A stretch of 25,777 bases of DNA from an uncultured Bacillota bacterium (GTDB lineage: Bacteria; Sysuimicrobiota; Sysuimicrobiia; Sysuimicrobiales; Segetimicrobiaceae), in contig CAWDRG010000014.1 of assembly GCA_963804645.1 (NCBI GenBank), forward strand, positions 1 through 25,777, in the 5' to 3' direction. The position numbers and the translations under genes were made by a program. The notes under the pieces are model-generated. The model was not told the origin of the DNA. It saw only the letters and a list, made by a program, of their open reading frames with translations, and ran no database searches. This document shows, in pieces, positions 1 to 9,515 of this stretch (its first letter is position 1; each line of letters starts with the position of its first letter).

Positions 1-314
1 CCAAGTCACCCGACGCCGGGACCTGCGCATCTTGGCCGCCGGACGCGCGAAGCCGGCGCGTGGGGTGGCGGCACCCCTCGAGACGACTGCCGAAGATCGG
101 ACTCAGACCGGATATCCTCTTGCCCCCCCGCCTCGTACGCTAGGGTGCAGGGTGGCGCTTTGGTCCGTCGGGTCCACGGGAGAAGTGCGTGCGAATCTCG
201 CTGTCCGCCAGAACCAAATCGATTCAGACGCCGTCTGCACCGCGGTCCCCGGGGTCGCGCCGTGCTCCAACCGGGGCACGCGGTCGTGTCCCCGGAGGCC
301 GAGGGAAGCCGCCC

Positions 315-2327
315 GTGGGCGCCCAGGCGCACTCCCGCGACCTCTCGCGCCCAGGCGGACGACGGCGCGCCTCGGGCGAGGCGGACACCTCCGCTCGAGC
401 GCGGATCGTGCACCTGCTCCCGGGTGCTCAACCAGTACTGTGTGTGGTGCTGTTGGTCGGGGGCCGCGTGGTCGAACACGCGATGCCGGGAACGGCGCTG
501 GGCTTGTACGTACTCGCCTACCTCGCCGGTGGGACCGGCAGCGCGATCGTCGCGTGGGGAGCGCTCCGGGAACGCCGCATCGACGTCAACGTGCTCATGC
601 TCCTCGCCGCGACCGGGGCCGCGTATCTTGGGTCGTGGATAGAAGGCGCGGTCCTGCTCGTCCTCTTCTCGACGAGCAACGCTCTCGAGTTCTACGTGAT
701 GGGCCGCACGCGGCGGGCCATCCGATCGCTCATGACGCTTCGTCCCGCCGAGGCGCTCGTCAGGCGAGAGGGCCGTGAGGAGATCGTGGCGGCAGACACG
801 CTCCGGATTGACGACGTCGTCATCGTCGGGCCCGCGGAGCGCCTCGCCGCAGACGGACTTGTGGTCCGCGGCACATCGGGCGTCGACCAATCACCGATCA
901 CCGGGGAGTCGATCCCGGTCGATGTGGGTCCCGGATCCCGGGTGTTCGCTGGAACGATCAATCAGCGGGGGAGCCTTGAAATCCGGGTCACGCGAGACCC
1001 GGAAGACACCACCCTTGCCCGCATCATCGCGCTGGTCGAGGAGGCGCAAACCGCACAGGCCCCGGCGCAGCGGATGATCGATCGGTTTGGGCAGATCTAC
1101 GCGCTCGGCGTGATTGCGGCCGCGGGGCTGACCTACGTGGTGCTGACCGGCAACGGCACGGCGGCCGGCGCCGCCTTCTACCGTGCCATCACGCTGCTGG
1201 TCGTCGCCTCCCCGTGCGCGGTGGTCATCTCCACGCCGGCGACCGTGCTCTCGGCGATTGCCAACGCCGCTCACCACGGCGTCCTATTCAAGGGCGGCGT
1301 GCACCTCGAGTCCCTCGCACGCGTCCAGACCGTGGTGTTTGACAAGACCGGGACGCTCACGGTCGGGCGGCCCGCCGTCACCGGCGTCATCGCGTTCGAC
1401 GGGGATCCGACAGGATTGATCGCCACCGCGGCCGCCCTCGAGCAGCGCTCCGAACACGCGCTCGCCGATGCCATCGTCGACGCGTGCCGCGCTCGGAACA
1501 TTTCCCCGCGTGTGCCCGACACGTTCGAAGCCGTCACGGGACGCGGCATCCGTGGGACGGTGGCGGGTACCGTTGTGCGGGTCGGAAGCGAGACGTTCCT
1601 CCGGCACGAGGGCATCTCGATTCCTGATGACGTGCCCCCAATCCTCGCGAGGCTGCGCAACGAGGCGAAGACGCCGATTCTGATAGGAGACACGCAGCTC
1701 CGGGGCATCATCGCGGTGGCGGACACGGTCCGGCCGGGGGCGGCGGAGGCCGTGGCCGCGCTCCGGGCGCTCGGGATCGAGCGTCTGGTCGTGCTCTCTG
1801 GCGACCATCAACAGGCCGTCGATGCGGTGACGAAGCAACTCGGTCTTGATGAGGGGCGAGGCGATCTGCTGCCGGAGGATAAGGTGCGCGCCGTTGAGGC
1901 GCTGGAGGCGTCGGGACCGGCCACAATGGTCGGCGACGGCGTGAACGACGCACCCGCCCTGGCGGCGGCTACCGTCGGGATCGCCATGGGCGCGGCCGGC
2001 ACGGACGCAGCAACGGAGACCGCGGACATCGTCCTCATGGGGGACAATCTTGGGCGGCTCCCCTACGCGATCGGGCTGAGCCGTCAGGCCCGCCGGGTCA
2101 TCGCTCAAAACCTTGTGTTCGCATTTTGCGTCGTGGGCGTGCTGGTGACCATCGTGCTGGTCACGGGGCTACGGCTGGCGTTCGGCGTCGTGGGCCACGA
2201 GGGCAGCACGGTGGTGGTGGTGCTGAACGGACTTCGTCTTCTCGGGTACGACTCGCCCCCGGCCGGCAGCCGACACCGTGTCCCATTCCTACGTAGCATC
2301 CGCCCCGCGGCGGCGCGCCGGCCATAG
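315..2327 (+). CDS. Heavy-metal translocating P-type ATPase, P1B-4 subtype (Co/Zn/Fe-type)
   Basis: TGES, SPC (VVASPCAVVIS), DKTGT, GDGVNDAP and C-terminal HEGST motifs; no N-terminal CxxC metal-binding domain. Start placed at GTG 315 behind GAGGGA (301-306); start is uncertain. Confidence 0.93.
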   Translation: MGAQAHSRDLSRPGGRRRASGEADTSARARIVHLLPGAQPVLCVVLLVGGRVVEHAMPGTALGLYVLAYLAGGTGSAIVAWGALRERRIDVNVLMLLAATGAAYLGSWIEGAVLLVLFSTSNALEFYVMGRTRRAIRSLMTLRPAEALVRREGREEIVAADTLRIDDVVIVGPAERLAADGLVVRGTSGVDQSPITGESIPVDVGPGSRVFAGTINQRGSLEIRVTRDPEDTTLARIIALVEEAQTAQAPAQRMIDRFGQIYALGVIAAAGLTYVVLTGNGTAAGAAFYRAITLLVVASPCAVVISTPATVLSAIANAAHHGVLFKGGVHLESLARVQTVVFDKTGTLTVGRPAVTGVIAFDGDPTGLIATAAALEQRSEHALADAIVDACRARNISPRVPDTFEAVTGRGIRGTVAGTVVRVGSETFLRHEGISIPDDVPPILARLRNEAKTPILIGDTQLRGIIAVADTVRPGAAEAVAALRALGIERLVVLSGDHQQAVDAVTKQLGLDEGRGDLLPEDKVRAVEALEASGPATMVGDGVNDAPALAAATVGIAMGAAGTDAATETADIVLMGDNLGRLPYAIGLSRQARRVIAQNLVFAFCVVGVLVTIVLVTGLRLAFGVVGHEGSTVVVVLNGLRLLGYDSPPAGSRHRVPFLRSIRPAAARRP

Positions 2328-2411
2328 CACCCTCGTTTCCCCCGTACGTGGCGCGGCAAGCCGGCGGCCGTTCCACGCGACGCCGATTGCGCAGCTGTCC
2401 GAGGCATCCTT

Positions 2412-2599
2412 GCCCTCCATGCGTTCAGCCGGCGGTATCTGCGCCACCGGGTAGCGAGAGCCGCACTGACTTGATCCCTCATATTGTCCGCGCGCTCCAC
2501 GAATACAATCGGTTCTACGCTCGCCCGTTTGATTGGTCATTCACGAGACACGTCATGCATGACTCGTACGCTCGCTGGACTTCGGCGACCATGCACGAG
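2412..2599 (+). mobile_element. Probable IS630-family transposase C-terminal remnant
   Basis: With one frameshift it reads ALHAFSRRYLRH/GSESRTDLIPHIVRALHEYNRFYARPFDWSFT...TSATMH, resembling the IS630 tail (RR.L.RGSF.S...L...I.....YN...A.PF.W.(F/Y)T). Confidence 0.5.
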
Positions 2600-3061
2600 G
2601 ACGGCTCGTCTGACTACATTGCCCAGGTAAACTAATGACACCGCCGGTTCACCGATCAAGGCGGGCTATTCAGAACGGGACACGCCGGCGTACAGAACCG
2701 CTCATCCTCCGCCGCGACGCCGGCCTCCAGGAGTGCCGAAGGCATCCGGGAACGCGGGACGTAGCATCCGCCGCACACCGCGAGCTCGGCGTTGATACGT
2801 GCTGACCGCGATCGTATTTCGGGATGAGGCCATGCAGCGGCCGCGACGGTACCGAGGGCACGAATCAGGTGGACGACGACCCAGACACCCGCACACCACG
2901 GCGGTCAGGTCGCATCCACGATAGCGAACCACATGGTGCGGATTGGACGCACGATGGATATGATTTCCACGGCCGTCGCCTCCCGCAAGCATTCCACGCC
3001 GGCGAGCGCCGTGGTCACAGCGTCTCGCAGCGGCGCCGGCCACCTCAGGGCCCCGGCCCGG

Positions 3062-6000
3062 TCACGACTGGCCGGGCTGGCGCCGACGCGGGAAGCGCTG
3101 CTCGAACATCAGGTACATCAGGGGAATCACGAGCAGCGTCAGCAGTGTCGACACCACGAGCCCGCCGATCACCGCGCGGGCCAGCGGCATGTTCGTCTCC
3201 GCGCCCTCCCCGAGGCCCAGCGCCATCGGGATCATGCCACAGACCGTCGCGATCGCGGTCATCAGGATCGGCCTGAGCCGGATCCGCCCGGCGCGGATGA
3301 TCGCGTCGTGAGGAGACATCCCTTGCGCCTGCTGCTTGTTCGCGTAGTCCACCAGCAGGATGCCGTTGCTGACGACGATCCCGATCATCATGATGACGCC
3401 CATGAACGAGATGATCGAGAGCGTGGTGTGCGTCAGCAGGAGCATCCAGATCACGCCGATGAAGCCCAGCGGTACTGTGAACATGATGACGAACGGGTCC
3501 ACCAGCGATTGGAACTGCGAGGCCATGATCATGTAGACGAGCATCAAGGCCATGATCAGCGCGAAGCCCAGGCTCGAGAACGCCCCCGACTGGGCCTCGG
3601 TCTGTCCGGCCATGTGATACGTGAAGCCCAGGGGAAACGGGGTCCGGTTGAGCGCCGAAATGATGTCCTGTGACACCGCGCCGAGCGGCCGGTTCACGAC
3701 GTTCGCCGTCACGTCGATCACGCGCTGCTCGTTCTTGCGGTCGATCTGGAGCGGCGTCGCGCCAAGCGTGATGTCCGCGACGTCCCGCAGCTGAATCGAC
3801 ACCGACGGCTGCGGCGGAGAGTTCGCCGCCGCCGCGTCTGGCAGTACGTTGAGCGGCACCGACCCGAGGTCCTCGGGGTGCGTCCGGTACTGGTCCTGCA
3901 GCTGGACGACCAAATTATACTCGTTCCCGGTGACGGGATCGATAAACTGGCTCGCGGTCGAGACGTTGCCGGCGATCGCGGTGTTCACCGCGTTTGCGAC
4001 GGCGGTCGGGTTCAGCCCGAGCTGGGCCGCCTTCTCGGTATCGATGTTCACGTTGAACTCCGGGGTCTGGCCCCGCGGCGTGATCTGCACGTCCGCCGTC
4101 CCGGGAATCGACTGCACCATCGACGCCACCTGCTGGGCAAACTGCTGACCGACGGCCTGATCGTAGCCGAGCAGCTGGATGTCGATCGCGGCCTGGGAGC
4201 CGAAGTTCACGACCGCGTGCTCCAGCCCGCCTATTTGGATAAACGCCAACACGCCAGGGAACTTTCCGCCGATCGCCCGGCGCACGTCGTTCGCGTAGTC
4301 GTCGGATGACTTCGGCCGATGCGTCGGGGAGACCAGGCGCACCTCGACCTCGCCGTAGTTCTGGCCGGCGTTCCCCCCGCCGCCACTCGCGGACACGCCA
4401 GTGTTCGTGTACACGGCTGTGACCGCGCTCGGAGGAATGGTCTGACTCACAATGTTGGCGATCTGCTCGACGACGGCGGACGTCGCCACGACCGCGGTCC
4501 CCTGCGGCGCCTGGACCTTGACCGAGAACTGGCTCTCGTCGGTCGCCGGGAAGAACTCCGTGCCGATGCCGCGCGCAGCGATCAGCGAGAGGACGAACAC
4601 CAAGGCGATCGCGCCGAGCACCAGTCCGCCGCGCCCGAGCGTCCAGTGCAGCACGCGCTGGTAGCGCTCGTCGATGTGCTCCATCGAGCGCTCGCTCCAC
4701 CGGACGAACCGCGGGACGATGCCCTCGCCCTGGATCCCCTCCCCGGTCGACGCGCGCAGCACGCGGAGGCTCAGCAACGGGTCGATCGTCATCGACACGA
4801 CGTACGAGGCGAGCAGCGCGAAGATCACCGTCAGGGCCATCGGCATGAACAGGCGCTGCGCGATCCCGCTCAGGAACACGACCGGGAAAAACACCGCGAT
4901 CGTCGTCGAGGTCGACGCGAACACCGGGAGGCCGACCTCCTGCGTCGCATTGATCACGGCCTGCAGCACCGGCGTGCCGGGCACCGAGAGGTGCCGTGTG
5001 ATATTCTCCCGGACGACGATCGCGTCGTCCACCAGGCGGCCGATCGCGAGGGTGAGGCCGCCCAGCGTGAAGATATTGAGCGTCTGGCCCGAGAAATACA
5101 GCAGCAGGAGCGCCGAGGACACCGACAGCGGGATGCCGATGCTGACGATGAACACGCTCCACAGGCTGCGCAGGAACACCAGCACCACGAGGAACGTCAG
5201 GAACGCGCCGATCATTGCTTCGTGCGCGAGCGTCGAGATCGCCGCCCGGATGTACTGGGACTGGTCGAACGACAACGTGAGGGTCACGCCCTTCGGAATC
5301 CCGGTCAGGTTCGGCAGCGCCGCCCGGACGGCGTCGACGACCTCGATCGTGTTGGCGTCCGGCTGCCGCGCCACGAACAGGAGGACGCCGGGCTTGCCGT
5401 TCACGTGGACGATCTGGCTCTGCGTCGCCGCGCCGTCCACCACCTGCGCGACGTCGCCGACGTGCACCGGGATGCCGTTGTCGCTCGCGACGATGACGTG
5501 CTGAATCTGGGGCATCGACTGCAGCAGCGTCGGCACGTTCAGCTGATAATTGAGCTGGGTGTTCTGCAGGTTGCCGGCTGGGAGCAGCGCGTTCGCCTGG
5601 CTGATGGAGGTGATCACACTCTGGAGCGTCAGCCCGGTCGCTTGCAACTTGTGGGGATCGACGTTCACGTTGATCTGCCGCAGGAGCCCGCCGTTCACAA
5701 ACGCGGTGGACACGCCCGGAATACGCTCGAGCTGCGGCTCGAGCGTATTGTACGCGAGGTCGTACAGCTGGAGGGCGTTGAGCCCGCCGCCGCCGACCAC
5801 CACCTGGACGACCGGGATGTTGGAGATGTCGAACTTGAGGACGAACGGCTGCGACACCCCGGTCGGCAGGCTCCGCAGCGCCCGCTGTACGTTCTGGATG
5901 ACCTCGATCTCGCCGACATCGAGGTTCGAGCCCCAGTCGAACCACACCTGGATGCTGCTGCTGCCCTGGCGCGTCGTCGACAGAATCTGCGTGACGCCGG

Positions 6001-6223
6001 CGACCCGCGTGACCGCCTGCTCCAGCGGGTACGTCACGGTGCGTTCCATCGTCTCCGTGCTCGCGCCGCTGTAGGTCGTCTGGACTTGGATGACCGGGAT
6101 CGTGATCTGCGGGAACAGGTCGCGCGGCAGCCGCTGCAGCCCGATCTGACTCAACACGGTGACCGCGATGCACACCATCAGCACCAGGACGGGATTCCGG
6201 ATCGCGGCGCGGGTCAGAAACAT
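3062..6223 (-). CDS. RND efflux permease (AcrB/AcrD/AcrF family)
   Basis: 1053 aa; N-terminal 'LPRDLFPQITIPVIQVQTTYSGAS...VTYPLEQ', TM4 'LVDDAIVVREN', TM11 'RLRPILMT'; two large extracytoplasmic loops. Confidence 0.96.
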   Translation of the reverse strand: MFLTRAAIRNPVLVLMVCIAVTVLSQIGLQRLPRDLFPQITIPVIQVQTTYSGASTETMERTVTYPLEQAVTRVAGVTQILSTTRQGSSSIQVWFDWGSNLDVGEIEVIQNVQRALRSLPTGVSQPFVLKFDISNIPVVQVVVGGGGLNALQLYDLAYNTLEPQLERIPGVSTAFVNGGLLRQINVNVDPHKLQATGLTLQSVITSISQANALLPAGNLQNTQLNYQLNVPTLLQSMPQIQHVIVASDNGIPVHVGDVAQVVDGAATQSQIVHVNGKPGVLLFVARQPDANTIEVVDAVRAALPNLTGIPKGVTLTLSFDQSQYIRAAISTLAHEAMIGAFLTFLVVLVFLRSLWSVFIVSIGIPLSVSSALLLLYFSGQTLNIFTLGGLTLAIGRLVDDAIVVRENITRHLSVPGTPVLQAVINATQEVGLPVFASTSTTIAVFFPVVFLSGIAQRLFMPMALTVIFALLASYVVSMTIDPLLSLRVLRASTGEGIQGEGIVPRFVRWSERSMEHIDERYQRVLHWTLGRGGLVLGAIALVFVLSLIAARGIGTEFFPATDESQFSVKVQAPQGTAVVATSAVVEQIANIVSQTIPPSAVTAVYTNTGVSASGGGGNAGQNYGEVEVRLVSPTHRPKSSDDYANDVRRAIGGKFPGVLAFIQIGGLEHAVVNFGSQAAIDIQLLGYDQAVGQQFAQQVASMVQSIPGTADVQITPRGQTPEFNVNIDTEKAAQLGLNPTAVANAVNTAIAGNVSTASQFIDPVTGNEYNLVVQLQDQYRTHPEDLGSVPLNVLPDAAAANSPPQPSVSIQLRDVADITLGATPLQIDRKNEQRVIDVTANVVNRPLGAVSQDIISALNRTPFPLGFTYHMAGQTEAQSGAFSSLGFALIMALMLVYMIMASQFQSLVDPFVIMFTVPLGFIGVIWMLLLTHTTLSIISFMGVIMMIGIVVSNGILLVDYANKQQAQGMSPHDAIIRAGRIRLRPILMTAIATVCGMIPMALGLGEGAETNMPLARAVIGGLVVSTLLTLLVIPLMYLMFEQRFPRRRQPGQS

Positions 6224-6232
6224 CGGGCGCTC

Positions 6233-7615
6233 CTAGAGACTGACCTGCTGGGTTTGCACGGCCTGCCCTTCCCGCACGAGGTCGGATCCGCGGAACACGA
6301 CGGTATCGGCCTCGGTGACCCCGCCGGTGACGGCCACGTACGAACCGGTCTCGCGGCCGATGGTCACCTGCCGCTGGGTCGTCTTCCCGTCGACGACCGC
6401 CCACACGTAGTGCTCGCTGCCGATCGTGACGATCGCGGTCAGCGGCACCACGAGCGAGCGCTGGTCGCCCGCGTTGATCAGCGCCGTGGCGTACATCCCC
6501 GGCCGCAGCGGATGCCCCACATTCGGAATGTCGATCTCCACCTGCACGGTGCGCGTCTGCGGATCGACGCCGCCCGACATCCGGCTGACGCGCCCGGTAA
6601 ACGTCCGGCCGGGGTAGCTGTCGACCAAAATCTGCACCGGGTCGCCCCGGTGGACCATCGGCAGCTGCGCTTCGCTCACGTCCACCAGGACGTACAGCTG
6701 ACTCAAGTCGGCGATGGTGACGATGGGCGTCGACGTCCCGGGCGTCACGTACGCCCCGGGGTCCAGGGTGCGCGCGACCACGATCCCCGTAAACGGCGCG
6801 ACGATCGTGGCGTTCTGGAGTCCGATCTGCTGGTTCTGCAGCGCGGCGGCCGCCGAATTCGCCATCGCCGACTGCGTGTGCACCTGCGACTGCGCGGCCA
6901 GGATCTGCTGCTGCTGCGCGGTCACCTGCGCGCGCGACTGCACCACCTGGGCTTCCGCCACGCTGATCTGCGCCCGCGCTTGATCGACGGCCGCTTGATC
7001 CGAGATCACCGTCGCCTTCGCGTCGTCGAGCGCCTGCTGTGCGGCGGCCCCCTGCTGAACCAGCGTCGCCGTGCGGTCGTACGTCGCCTGGGCGTCTGCG
7101 AGGGTGGCCTGCGCCTTGGTGAGCCCGGCGTGGGCGTTCACGAGGTTCGCGTCGGCGCTGCGCTCTCCCGCGACCGCACTCGCCAGCTGCGCCTGGGCGC
7201 TCGCGACCGACGCCCGCGACGTCGCGACTGCGGTCGTCGCGGCGGCAAGCGACGCCTGCGCCTGCACCACCTGCGCCTGGAGCTGGTCGTGGTTCACCAC
7301 GGCGACCACCTGACCCGCCGTGACCGGATCGCCGACGCGCACCGTCACCACCTGCAGGTATCCCGAGCTCTGCGGCAGGACCACCGCCTCGTGCAGCGAC
7401 GCGATGCTCGCGGTCAGCTGCAGGATCACCGGCAGATTCTTAACTTCCGGGTGCCCGACGCCGACCGTCGTGGCGACGCGGTTCCGCGCCCGCGAGGTCG
7501 TGGGAGCTGCCGCGGCCTGACTCGCGACCTTCGTCGATCCCGATCGTCCGACCAACAGCCCCGCGACGAGCGCGATGCAGACCAGCGCGATCCATCCCCA
7601 CGATCGACTCTTCAC
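6233..7615 (-). CDS. RND periplasmic adaptor / membrane fusion protein
   Basis: N-terminal TM anchor; lipoyl halves 'VRVGDPVTAGQVVA' and 'IVAPFTGIV' flanking a long Ala/Gln-rich coiled coil; 'LRPGMYA'; directly upstream of the RND permease. Confidence 0.95.
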   Translation of the reverse strand: MKSRSWGWIALVCIALVAGLLVGRSGSTKVASQAAAAPTTSRARNRVATTVGVGHPEVKNLPVILQLTASIASLHEAVVLPQSSGYLQVVTVRVGDPVTAGQVVAVVNHDQLQAQVVQAQASLAAATTAVATSRASVASAQAQLASAVAGERSADANLVNAHAGLTKAQATLADAQATYDRTATLVQQGAAAQQALDDAKATVISDQAAVDQARAQISVAEAQVVQSRAQVTAQQQQILAAQSQVHTQSAMANSAAAALQNQQIGLQNATIVAPFTGIVVARTLDPGAYVTPGTSTPIVTIADLSQLYVLVDVSEAQLPMVHRGDPVQILVDSYPGRTFTGRVSRMSGGVDPQTRTVQVEIDIPNVGHPLRPGMYATALINAGDQRSLVVPLTAIVTIGSEHYVWAVVDGKTTQRQVTIGRETGSYVAVTGGVTEADTVVFRGSDLVREGQAVQTQQVSL

Positions 7616-7906
7616 GCTCGACCCCCTACCCGCTCAACCATTTCGCCCACGCCGGCCTCATGGTATAGACGGTATAGGTGCCTCAGTTCGCACACATGCT
7701 GCTCGAGCTACCGTCGTAGCCGCCCGAGTTGTTGCATCGGCTCGCGCACCAACACCAGTTGCGCCTCGGTAATCTCGATCGCGCACCCGAGGGCCCGACG
7801 GCGAGCCGGTCGGCACCCGCAACTGAATCTCATCGTAGGAGTGAAGCGCCCGCGGCGTCAGCGCGCTGAGGCGGCAGACTCCGTGGATCTGACAAAACGT
7901 CACCAT
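7612..7906 (-). pseudogene. Degraded MerR-family transcriptional regulator
   Basis: ATG 7906 with GAGGT RBS gives MVTFCQIHGVCRLSALTPRALHSYDEIQLRVP (MerR HTH pattern T.R.L..Y..IGLL.P). After a frameshift near 7780 it reads IEITEAQLVLVREPMQQLGRLRR*LEQHVCELR with an in-frame TAG at 7708-7710. Its TGA overlaps the adaptor GTG start (GTGA). Confidence 0.65.
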
Positions 7907-7968
7907 GCGTCGCGGACCTCGCCCACGGACCCACTCACCTCGGCCCATGGTATTTCCACGGAGCACAG

Positions 7969-8349
7969 CTACCCAAGCTCGCCGCTACCTCCCGTCGGGA
8001 GCCTGCGCCGGGCGCGCTGGGAGTCGGAGACTCGGAGCGTTTCCAAATATCTGGGCGCACCGAGGGCTTTGGCCAGCCGTGCGCTCAACACCGACCGTGG
8101 GATCGAGAGCACGCGTGCGGCTGTGCTGCGCGAAAGCCCCCCGGAATCCACGAGGAGCAGCGGGAACCGGTGATGCAGGGGCAGTGCCTCGAGCGCGGAG
8201 GCGTACTCATCGGGGACCGTGGAGGTCCGGGGCACCTTCCGGGGTCCGGACATGCCCCGGTTCGTGGCGCGGGTCTCGGCCCCACGGAGGTACAGCGTCT
8301 CGATCTTCTGCTTAAGCCACGCGATCAGCGCGCCCCACAGACGCATCAC
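7969..8349 (-). CDS. Small protein with ECF sigma-70 region 4-like HTH only (no region 2); may be a truncated sigma factor
   Basis: 'ALEALPLHHRFPLLLVDSGGLSRSTAARVLSIPRSVLSARLAKA' matches the sigma70 r4.2 pattern AL..LP...R...LL....GLS..E.A.VL.IP..TV.SRL.RA. GTG/ATG start at 8349/8346 just after box A. Confidence 0.65.
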   Translation of the reverse strand: MMRLWGALIAWLKQKIETLYLRGAETRATNRGMSGPRKVPRTSTVPDEYASALEALPLHHRFPLLLVDSGGLSRSTAARVLSIPRSVLSARLAKALGAPRYLETLRVSDSQRARRRLPTGGSGELG

Positions 8350-8355
8350 GCGGTT

Positions 8356-8389
8356 AGCGTACGGCGGCGAGATGACAGCCCGATGACAG
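8356..8389 (-). promoter_or_regulatory. Box A: direct-repeat operator plus -10
   Basis: Minus strand: CTGTCAT cggg CTGTCAT ctcgccgccg TACGCT. Confidence 0.85.
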
Positions 8390-8773
8390 GAACCAGGACC
8401 TCGACGCATCAGGCCAACCCGCGCTTCCGGGGGGGGACGCCCTCCCGTCTGAGGCTGTTTTCCCATAGTAGACGGGGACGGGTCGTGGTGAGCGCCGCCT
8501 CGAGCGGGACGAGTGCCCCCGGGGTCCGGCACGCTCGCGGCAATGCGGCAACATGGAGTGTACCGATGCTGACGCTCCTTGCGTGCGCAATGTCGCTGGT
8601 CGAACTCCGTGAGTGCGGGTACTGCTGAGTGGTGCCTTCGAGACCTAGGCTGCGCGATGACGGGCGGCGAACTCTTGAGGGCAGGGGTTGACGTGCACAA
8701 ACGTTGAGACACTAGATGCTGCGTCCGACCGCCGGGAGAAGTATTGCGGTCGTCGGGTAACACGACCGGTCTC

Positions 8774-8805
8774 GTCATTGGGCCGTCATCCTCACCTGCT
8801 ACGCT
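8774..8805 (+). promoter_or_regulatory. Box B: direct-repeat operator plus -10
   Basis: GTCAT tgggcc GTCAT cctcacctgc TACGCT, followed by AGGAGG and TTG 8845. Confidence 0.85.
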
Positions 8806-8844
8806 GAAACCACTTGGTGACGGGCGCCAGAGGAGGGCGGCATC

Positions 8845-9010
8845 TTGAGGGCTCAACGCGACAGCACCGACCTGGTGATCACCGAAGCGCACTTGCAGAT
8901 CGTCTGGGTGCATCGACGCGAGCGGCGTACGGTCCGGCGCCGCTTCGAGCGGCGCGCACGAAACCTCCGGTGGGCTCTCCGCGCCACCCGAACGGTCCAT
9001 GGACGGACGC
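8845..9010 (+). other. Short basic helical coding segment, paralogue of 18934..19128, now running into a kinase remnant
   Basis: MRAQRDSTDLVITEAHLQIVWVHRRERRTVRRRFERRARNLRWALRATRTVHG aligns without gaps to the 18.9 kb ORF; AGGAGG RBS. Confidence 0.55.
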
Positions 9011-9024
9011 ATGCGACCGCCGAG

Positions 9025-9280
9025 CAGATGCGCATGGTCGTCCGCACCTTTCGCGATAACGCGATCAAGCACACGCCAGCGCCGGAACGCGTGTCCCTCG
9101 CCGCCGAGCCGGCCCGAAACGTGCTCCGTATCCGCGTCTCGGACGCCGGCGTCGGCATCCCCCGTGAGGAGAACGCCCGCTCGTCTTCGACCACTTCTAC
9201 CGCGTGGAGAACGCCGACCCCGAGCAGACCGATGGATGGGGGCTGGGCCTCGCGCTGGTCCGAGGGATCGTCGCGGCCCC
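9025..9280 (+). pseudogene. Sensor histidine kinase HATPase_c domain remnant
   Basis: N box 'DNAIKHTP', G1 'IRVSDAGVGIP', frameshift near 9170, then F box 'VFDHFYRVE' and G2 'GWGLGLALVRGIV'. No H-box or sensor domain. Confidence 0.8.
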
Positions 9281-9309
9281 GCGTTCGGCACTTCTGCGCT
9301 CGCCCGCCT

Positions 9310-9515
9310 CCGCGCCGGGACCCGCACCATCTCCGCGGCCGGGTATGGCCTCGGTGGCTCATCATGCTGGTGCCCGCGGTCCACACGGCGCGGGAGTTCT
9401 GGAAGGCCGAGATCCGGAGTTGTACCTCAATGCGGCGTACTTCGGCGAAGGCGCCCAGAGCATACCGCCGCCCGGTGCAGTCACTTGATCTCGTGCAAAC
9501 GGATCAACTCGTGCC
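9310..9515 (+). pseudogene. Peptidoglycan transglycosylase (GT51) fragment
   Basis: Across frameshifts: GTRTIS (cf. GGSTIT), 'LVPAVHTAREFWKAEI/ELYLNAAYFGEGA' (cf. SKDEILELYLNxxYFGxGAYG), 'RAYRRPVQSLDL'. Confidence 0.65.

Noticed and set aside
110..141. TACGCT at 136-141 as a seventh box
   Set aside because: No GTCAT repeats at the required spacing; at most an ordinary -10.
6830..7290. Repetitive DNA in the adaptor gene
   Set aside because: Ala/Gln heptads of the normal coiled-coil hairpin.
4319..8173. 1284-aa plus-strand ORF (and similar long Arg/His-rich ORFs at 3915..6404 and 20008..21429)
   Set aside because: Antisense or off-frame shadows of well-supported high-GC genes; no recognisable motifs.
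8688..8718. TTGACG-N19-TAGATG as a MerR-type promoter
   Set aside because: Spacer dyad symmetry is poor and the -10 is weak; cannot be supported.
7969..9384. 471-aa minus-strand ORF as one protein
   Set aside because: Only the last 125 aa look protein-like; the rest crosses two promoter boxes and is antisense to the kinase remnant.
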